From Segetibacter sp. (GTDB lineage: Bacteria > Bacteroidota > Bacteroidia > Chitinophagales > Chitinophagaceae): DNA of 54,982 nt. Position numbers and translations under genes: made by a program. The stretch covers positions 1 to 54,982 of the forward strand of contig JANPIA010000388.1 in the NCBI GenBank assembly GCA_031424735.1, read 5' to 3'. Positions 49,202 to 54,982 of this stretch are shown here, one piece after another (within the stretch, counting starts at the first letter, position 1; each line of letters begins with the position of its first letter). Below the pieces are notes generated by a model, which was not told the DNA's origin, searched no databases, and was given only the letters and a program-made list of their open reading frames with translations.

Positions 49202-49209
49202 TATATTTG
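49202..49209 (+). promoter_or_regulatory. Bacteroidota -7 promoter element heading the leader ORF/SulP-CA-Dab operon
   Basis: TATATTTG (TAnnTTTG), downstream of the fabG terminator and 10 nt before ATG 49220. Confidence 0.5.
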
Positions 49210-49219
49210 CTTGTATAGT

Positions 49220-49552
49220 ATGCTGACTAAAAAAATTATATCGATTTTTTTTATGTTGTTGATGCTGGTGCAAATTGTACCGGTGCAGCAGATCGGCAAT
49301 GCGCTCAGTCAAAATCAATGGACGGAAGAATTGCCTCATGGCAACGAATGTGATATTGATGGACCGCTTGCCAAAGCATTTTTACCAACCCATGTTTTCA
49401 ATCACAGCTTCGATATTGAAGCTTCTTCCCTTATTTACATTCATACGTCAGATGGAATTCCATCCAATCATTCCACGGATGTAGTATCGCCCCCTCCCGA
49501 TTTTTTGCCTGAATGCGATATGCCGCATTCTTTTTTGCCGCAAGTAAATTGA
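49220..49552 (+). CDS. Small exported His/Cys-containing protein with C-terminal PPP motif (candidate leader peptide)
   Basis: MLTKK + hydrophobic IISIFFMLLMLVQIVPV; LPHGNEC, HVFNH, IHTS...NHSTDVVSPPPDF. Confidence 0.6.
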   Translation: MLTKKIISIFFMLLMLVQIVPVQQIGNALSQNQWTEELPHGNECDIDGPLAKAFLPTHVFNHSFDIEASSLIYIHTSDGIPSNHSTDVVSPPPDFLPECDMPHSFLPQVN

Positions 49553-49751
49553 AGCACTTCAATCATTCAGAATTATGTGTGTCCCCGTAATGCATAATGT
49601 GCAAATGCATTTTTATTTCCGGTCTTTTTACGCAGCAATGGCTTACCATTTTCAAACTATTTGCTTCTTATTTATTCAATTAAAAACCTGCATGGGCTAA
49701 TTGCCATTGGTGTGCAGTGTGTACATAACTCTCCAATTAATTTTCAGCATT

Positions 49752-51359
49752 ATGAAAGATCCAAAGGGATTCACGTTTAAGTATTTGAAGAATGACCTTC
49801 CATCTGGTTTAGTAGTTTTTTTGGTGGCACTCCCGCTTTGCCTCGGTATATCGTTAGCATCTGGCGCACCCTTCTTTAGTGGGTTGATATCTGGAATTAT
49901 TGGGGGAATTGTTATAGGATCGTTGAGCGGATCAAAGCTTAGCGTAAGCGGACCCGCTGCAGGGCTTGCAGCATTGGTGCTTGCCGCTATTACAAACATC
50001 GGCGCGTTCGACCTGTTTTTATGCGCTGTTCTAATTGCCGGAATCCTGCAGGTTATTATAGGTTCAGCCAGGCTGGGTGGCATAGCCGTATATTTTCCAT
50101 CGAGCGTTATAAAGGGTTTGCTTACAAGCATTGGCATATTAATCATCGCCAAACAAATTCCTCATGCCGTAGGTTTTACCAACGAAAGAAGCGTGCTTAC
50201 CGAAACGGGAAATGAGTTCTGGCACCCCTTGCTCCGTCCGTTGCAGCAAATACAACCCGGTGTACTTATTATTTGCGTGCTGTCTATCATCATCATGCTT
50301 ATATGGGACAAACCTTTTATTAAGAAACGCATAAAGTTTATTCCCGGAGCGCTGGTTGCTGTTGTTACCGCTATAATTATCAACGAAGTATTTAAAGCAA
50401 CCAATAGTGCTTTTGTGGTTGGTGAAGATCACCTGGTAAAAATAAAAGCAGCCAGTAGCCCGGCGGAATTTTTAAGCTTTTTTACCCTACCCGATTTCAG
50501 TGGTTTTTTAAATAGTAAGGTAATTATGACCGGTGTGATGATTGCCATCATCGCAAGTCTTGAAACATTGCTGAGTATAGAAGCGATCGATAATCTCGAT
50601 CCTGAAAGAAATGTAACCAATACCAACAGGGAACTTATCGCCCAGGGTATTGGCAATACCGTATCAGGTTTAATAGGGGGTTTGCCTATAACAAGCGTAA
50701 TAGTCAGAAGTAGTGCGAACCTTCACTCTGGTGCGAAATCAAAATTGTCAACTGTATTTCATGGAGTACTGTTGCTGGTATGCGTAGTAACCATACCGCA
50801 TCTTTTAAATTATATACCATTGGCTGCCCTGGCTGCCATACTGTTGTTAACCGGTTATAAGCTTTGCAAATTGTCCGTGTTTTCAAACATGATAAAAAAC
50901 GGCAAATACCAATACATACCATTTTTTGTAACCGTGGCAGTTATTATTGGTATTGACCTGGTAGGGTTGTACCCGCCTATAAAGGGTGAAGGACTATTGA
51001 TAGGTGTGATCGCCGGTCTCATAACAGCCTTCGGCTCCATTTTGCATGGCAACCTGAAAAACTCCTATTTCTTCCATAAAGACCAGCACCACGAAGGCGA
51101 TGTAATTAAAATCCGGTTGTCGGAAGAAGTTTCTTTTTTAAACAAAGCTTCTATACGCCAAACGCTCGATCATATGCCCGAAAATTCTACGGTGATCATA
51201 GATGCCTCGCGTACTGATTATATAGATTTTGATGTGCTTGAGTTAATAAAAGAATTCAGGGATATAAAGGTTCCGCTTAAAAATATAAGCCTGCAACTTT
51301 TAGGCTTTCATGATAAATACCAGATCGAAAACCATTTACACGTTCAATCCGTGCACTAA
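49752..51359 (+). CDS. SulP/SLC26 family anion (probably bicarbonate) transporter with STAS domain
   Basis: DLPSGLVVFLVALPLCLGISLASGAP, SVSGPAAG, NRELIAQGIGN, GGLPITSVIVRSSAN; STAS (VSFLNKA..., IDFD). Start set at ATG 49752. Confidence 0.92.
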   Translation: MKDPKGFTFKYLKNDLPSGLVVFLVALPLCLGISLASGAPFFSGLISGIIGGIVIGSLSGSKLSVSGPAAGLAALVLAAITNIGAFDLFLCAVLIAGILQVIIGSARLGGIAVYFPSSVIKGLLTSIGILIIAKQIPHAVGFTNERSVLTETGNEFWHPLLRPLQQIQPGVLIICVLSIIIMLIWDKPFIKKRIKFIPGALVAVVTAIIINEVFKATNSAFVVGEDHLVKIKAASSPAEFLSFFTLPDFSGFLNSKVIMTGVMIAIIASLETLLSIEAIDNLDPERNVTNTNRELIAQGIGNTVSGLIGGLPITSVIVRSSANLHSGAKSKLSTVFHGVLLLVCVVTIPHLLNYIPLAALAAILLLTGYKLCKLSVFSNMIKNGKYQYIPFFVTVAVIIGIDLVGLYPPIKGEGLLIGVIAGLITAFGSILHGNLKNSYFFHKDQHHEGDVIKIRLSEEVSFLNKASIRQTLDHMPENSTVIIDASRTDYIDFDVLELIKEFRDIKVPLKNISLQLLGFHDKYQIENHLHVQSVH

Positions 51360-51374
51360 GTAAACTAAATAACA

Positions 51375-52010
51375 ATGGAAAAATCTTATCTCAAATTACT
51401 GGAAAACAATAAGGCGTGGGTAGTGGTTCAGAAGTACAATAACCCAGAATTTTTCAATCAGCTTGCCAGTGGCCAGCAACCGGATTATCTGTGGATAGGC
51501 TGTTCAGACAGTCGGGTACCAGCTAACCAGGTTACTGGCACAAAACCCGGCGAAATGTTTGTGCACCGGAACATTGCCAACATGGTAGTTCATAGCGATA
51601 TGAATCTTTTAAGCGTGCTATCGTATGGTGTTGATGTGCTGAAGGTAAAACACATTATAGTTTGTGGCCACTACGACTGCGGTGGTATACGTGCTGCAAT
51701 GGGTAACAAACAATACGGCCTAATCGATAATTGGTTACGCCACATCAAAGATGTGTACAGGTATCATTATGAGGAACTGGATGCAATTGAAGATGAAAAC
51801 CTGAGGGCAAGACGACTGGTAGAACTGAATGTAATTGAACAGGTGCACGATCTTGGCAAAACAACCATCGTTCAAAACGCCTGGAACAATAGCCAGCCAT
51901 TACATATTCATGGCTGGGTGTATAACCCCGAGGATGGATTAATAAAAGACCTCGATGTAAATTTCACCTGCACTAAAGATCTTCATTCAGTTTATCATTT
52001 TGAAAAATGA
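51375..52010 (+). CDS. can: Beta-class carbonic anhydrase
   Basis: WIGCSDSRVP, FVHRNIAN, CGHYDCGG Zn ligands. Confidence 0.95.
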   Translation: MEKSYLKLLENNKAWVVVQKYNNPEFFNQLASGQQPDYLWIGCSDSRVPANQVTGTKPGEMFVHRNIANMVVHSDMNLLSVLSYGVDVLKVKHIIVCGHYDCGGIRAAMGNKQYGLIDNWLRHIKDVYRYHYEELDAIEDENLRARRLVELNVIEQVHDLGKTTIVQNAWNNSQPLHIHGWVYNPEDGLIKDLDVNFTCTKDLHSVYHFEK

Positions 52011-52032
52011 TGAACAAGCAAAACAACTAATA

Positions 52033-54636
52033 ATGCCGGAAAAACATGCAAACGCCACAAGCGGTTTAAACACTAATAAACCTATGTTGAATAGCGACCC
52101 CGCTGGAGCCACCCATGCATTTAGCGAGGAGCATGTTTTACATCAACTCAAACATTTTCTGCCTTCGCAAACGCCGCTTAAAGACTTCATACATCATAAC
52201 TCCCTTCATGCATTTCAGCACCTTAAATTTTTTGAGGCCATTTATAAAGCATCAAAAATATTCGGATACCAGGCTACGCTTCAATTAAGAGAGTTCCGCG
52301 CGTTGTATAAAATTGGCAGGATAAACAACCAGGTGTTGGAAAGGATCATCGCGGAGCATAAAGGAGCAGATGCTTTGGAAGCATGGAAGGAAAAAATGCT
52401 ACGTACCGAATACGATACACACAATTCGCCGCGCATTGGGATGTTGCGGGCAAATTGGAAAAGCCGGTATAAAATTGATTTGGATAACCTTGTGCAACCT
52501 TTACTATTCAGGGTTATCTGCAGTTATTTAGACCAGGGCATTTCCATATGGAAATTTCCCACTGGTAAAGACGGCTTTCTTACTGCCATTAAAGCTTTGG
52601 AAAAAAATAGCTTTACCAGCTTTTTTAAAACCAGCAGGGCAAGGCAGCTATTACTGGATGGCGATCATCAAATAACTTCTCTTCTCAACATTATTGTGGG
52701 TGATGAGGCATATTACGAACAGTATCTTTTTGATCAGCAGTTTAGTCACCGTGGCTGGTCGGGTATGGCAAGCACAGTGGAACAGATGCCTGCATCGTTG
52801 CTGGATTCAAAAAATATTTCGTTGCACGATGTGATCGTTTTCGAATTGTTGCTCGAAATAGATTCGTTGGATGCTGAACTGGGAAAAAACTGGAAGCCAT
52901 TAGCATTAAATATAAGTAGCGCCCCTGCCGACCTTTTTGCGGAAGTTCCGCTTACAGAGTTGGGCGAGGTTTTTATGCTTTGGCAAAAGGGATTTGAATG
53001 GAGCTATTACGACCAGGTTATTGCTGGTATTGCGGCCGAAAAAAAACGCCCACATCCTGCCATACCACAAAAAAAATTCCAGGTATTGTTTTGTATAGAT
53101 GAGCGGGAATGTTCGTTACGCCGTCACGTTGAATTTATAGCGCCGGATTGCGAAACCTTTGGCACGCCCGGTTTTTTTGGGGTAGAGTTTTTTATGCAAC
53201 CGGAAAACGCAAAGTTTTACGATAAACTTTGCCCTGCCCCGGTTACGCCCCAGTACCTTATAAAAGAATACGATGTAAAACGAAAGAGGAAGCATGAACT
53301 GCTGTACACGAATAAAACCCATGGCTTTTTTTACGGGTTCCTCAGTTCGCTAACACTTGGTTTTTTTGCAGCCATCAAATTGGTACAAACCATTTTTCGA
53401 CCCAGGATGAGCCCGGCAATTTCAAATGCCTTTGCCCATATGAGCAAGGATGGAAAATTGACCATTGAAAACAAAGACATCAACGACCGAGAAAGCGGTT
53501 TGCAAATTGGCTTTACCATACATGAAATGGCTGCAAGGGTTGAAGGCTTGTTAAAGGGTATTGGGTTGATCAAGGATTTTGCTCCCATCGTATATGTACT
53601 GGGTCATGGCAGTAGTAGTGCAAACAACCCACACCATGGCGCACACGATTGTGGTGCATGTAGCGGCCGGCCGGGTTCAGTAAATGCACGGGTATTCGCC
53701 TTTATGGCTAACCATCTGCAGGTACGGTTGTTACTGGCCGAACGCGGTATTGAAATACCGGGAGCAACCCGGTTTTTAGGCGGACTGCACGATACGGCTG
53801 CGGATATGATGGAGTTTTATGACGAAGACGTATTATCTCCCCACAATGCAGCGCAGCATAAAATAAATATTGATTTGTTTGAAAAAGCGTTGGACCTGAA
53901 TGCCAAGGAGCGGTCGCGAAGGTTTGCCTCCATCAACACAAAAAAAAGTTTACAGCATGTACGCAGGGAGATTTTAAAAAGGTCGGTATCTATGTTTGAA
54001 CCAAGGCCCGAACTGGGGCACGGAACCAACACGCTTTGCATTATCGCCAACAGGGATTTAACCAAAGGGTTGTTTTTAGATCGCCGTGCTTTTTTAAATT
54101 CATACGATTATCATAACGATGCCGACGGAAAATTACTCACCGGTATCATGCGTCCAATAGGTCCGGTTTGCGGTGGCATAAACCTGGAATATTATTTTTC
54201 CCGCGTTGATAATTATAAGCTGGGTGCGGGCACCAAATTGCCTCATAATGTAATGGGATTGATCGGTGTGGCCAATAGCAGCGATGGAGACTTGCGCCCC
54301 GGGCTTCCATTGCAAATGATAGAAGTGCACGACCCCGTTCGCCTGCTGGTTATTGTTGAGCATTACCCCGAAGTAGTTTTAAAAACCATACAAACCACCC
54401 CCGAAATGTACGAGTGGTACCTGAATGAGTGGGTACATGTTATGGCTATCCATCCTGAAACGCACCAGTTCTATTACTTTAAAAATGGACTGTTTGAAAT
54501 TTATACGCCTTTAGCAAAAAAGGTAGGTTCTATAAACAACCTTATTGTACTTGTAGAAGATGCCCTGGAGATGGAGACCAATAACATCGTTCACGCAACA
54601 CAGGAAAACCTGCCCGTTTACTCAATTAGAAAATAA
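52033..54636 (+). CDS. dabA: Inorganic carbon transporter subunit DabA (DUF2309/MpsB family)
   Basis: PLKDFIHHN, FCIDERE (Cys/Asp), GHGS (His), DCGAC (Cys), RPELG, DRRAFLNSYD, INLEYYFS, GTKLPHNV, DGDLRPGLP. Start uncertain. Confidence 0.9.
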   Translation: MPEKHANATSGLNTNKPMLNSDPAGATHAFSEEHVLHQLKHFLPSQTPLKDFIHHNSLHAFQHLKFFEAIYKASKIFGYQATLQLREFRALYKIGRINNQVLERIIAEHKGADALEAWKEKMLRTEYDTHNSPRIGMLRANWKSRYKIDLDNLVQPLLFRVICSYLDQGISIWKFPTGKDGFLTAIKALEKNSFTSFFKTSRARQLLLDGDHQITSLLNIIVGDEAYYEQYLFDQQFSHRGWSGMASTVEQMPASLLDSKNISLHDVIVFELLLEIDSLDAELGKNWKPLALNISSAPADLFAEVPLTELGEVFMLWQKGFEWSYYDQVIAGIAAEKKRPHPAIPQKKFQVLFCIDERECSLRRHVEFIAPDCETFGTPGFFGVEFFMQPENAKFYDKLCPAPVTPQYLIKEYDVKRKRKHELLYTNKTHGFFYGFLSSLTLGFFAAIKLVQTIFRPRMSPAISNAFAHMSKDGKLTIENKDINDRESGLQIGFTIHEMAARVEGLLKGIGLIKDFAPIVYVLGHGSSSANNPHHGAHDCGACSGRPGSVNARVFAFMANHLQVRLLLAERGIEIPGATRFLGGLHDTAADMMEFYDEDVLSPHNAAQHKINIDLFEKALDLNAKERSRRFASINTKKSLQHVRREILKRSVSMFEPRPELGHGTNTLCIIANRDLTKGLFLDRRAFLNSYDYHNDADGKLLTGIMRPIGPVCGGINLEYYFSRVDNYKLGAGTKLPHNVMGLIGVANSSDGDLRPGLPLQMIEVHDPVRLLVIVEHYPEVVLKTIQTTPEMYEWYLNEWVHVMAIHPETHQFYYFKNGLFEIYTPLAKKVGSINNLIVLVEDALEMETNNIVHATQENLPVYSIRK

Positions 54637-54644
54637 GCCAATTC

Positions 54645-54982
54645 ATGTCGCAACTACTTCAACTCTTTATACTATTACCCTTGTTTGCTTTTGTGGCAAG
54701 CCTGCTAATACCGCGAAAAAAAGAAAAGGTTATATCGCTTTTAGCCATCACCACAACTACCCTGCATTTTGTAGGTTGCCTTGCTTTTATTTTTTATTGG
54801 ATGTTTAATGGTCATGCGGTGTTGAACATTAAACATATCGTACTATACAAATCGCCCGCCTTCGAGTTTTTTATTAATTTCTATTTCGATAAAACCACCG
54901 CGGTGTTTGCCATTACCGGCTCTCTTATTATTTTACTGGTTTCCATATTCAGCAGGTATTACCTCCATCGCGATGAAGGTTT
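54645..54982 (+). CDS. dabB: DabB / NuoL(ND5)-like proton-conducting membrane subunit (3'-truncated by window; absent from the ORF track)
   Basis: Manual translation MSQLLQLFILLPLFAFVASLLIP...FYFDKTTAVFAITGSLIILLVSIFSRYYLHRDEG matches the NuoL N-terminus; starts 8 nt after dabA. Confidence 0.85.
   Translation, partial: MSQLLQLFILLPLFAFVASLLIPRKKEKVISLLAITTTTLHFVGCLAFIFYWMFNGHAVLNIKHIVLYKSPAFEFFINFYFDKTTAVFAITGSLIILLVSIFSRYYLHRDEG

Noticed and set aside
500-54808. Numerous short antisense or alternate-frame ORFs in the six-frame track (e.g. 500-862, 4686-5150, 17269-17628, 39742-40179, 49697-50152, 54560-54808)
   Set aside because: They overlap well-supported genes, lack recognisable motifs and look like shadow ORFs. 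54560-54808 is out of frame with the real dabB start at 54645.
1-54982. tRNA, rRNA, CRISPR arrays, IS transposases, prophage genes
   Set aside because: None recognised by eye; intergenic gaps are short and lack regular repeat-spacer patterns. tRNAscan/Rfam would be needed to exclude small RNAs.

Overview
A 55-kb window of a Bacteroidota chromosome, probably Chitinophagaceae-like. This is inferred from gene content, TAnnTTTG -7 promoter boxes and mostly SD-less starts. It looks origin-proximal: the ppiD-nadA intergenic region (13.75-14.32 kb) has DnaA boxes, DnaA-trio-like repeats and an AT-rich tract, and two parS-like palindromes lie just upstream of mnmG. Housekeeping genes include uvrD (partial), kdsB, a kdnB-like gene, corA, namZ, ldhA-like, ppiD, nadA, manC, kdsD, two recQ paralogues, chrA, nadD, ybeY, mnmG, a DEAD-box helicase, hpf, lptB, a GH3-family gene and fabG. 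Three accessory modules stand out. (1) An uncharacterised five-gene glycoconjugate locus: DUF547, two GT2s, a lipoprotein and a GT-C transferase. (2) A two-gene cassette encoding a signal-peptide-less double-HKD phospholipase-D/nuclease protein and a 924-aa exported helical protein with a beta-barrel-like C-terminus. (3) An inorganic-carbon operon (SulP, beta-carbonic anhydrase, DabA, DabB truncated by the window end) headed by a small secreted His/Cys protein with a C-terminal PPP motif, which may be a regulatory leader peptide. Several small intergenic repeats and one degraded ORF are also visible. No rRNA, tRNA, CRISPR array or transposase was seen. All family calls come from motif recognition by eye; no database search was run.
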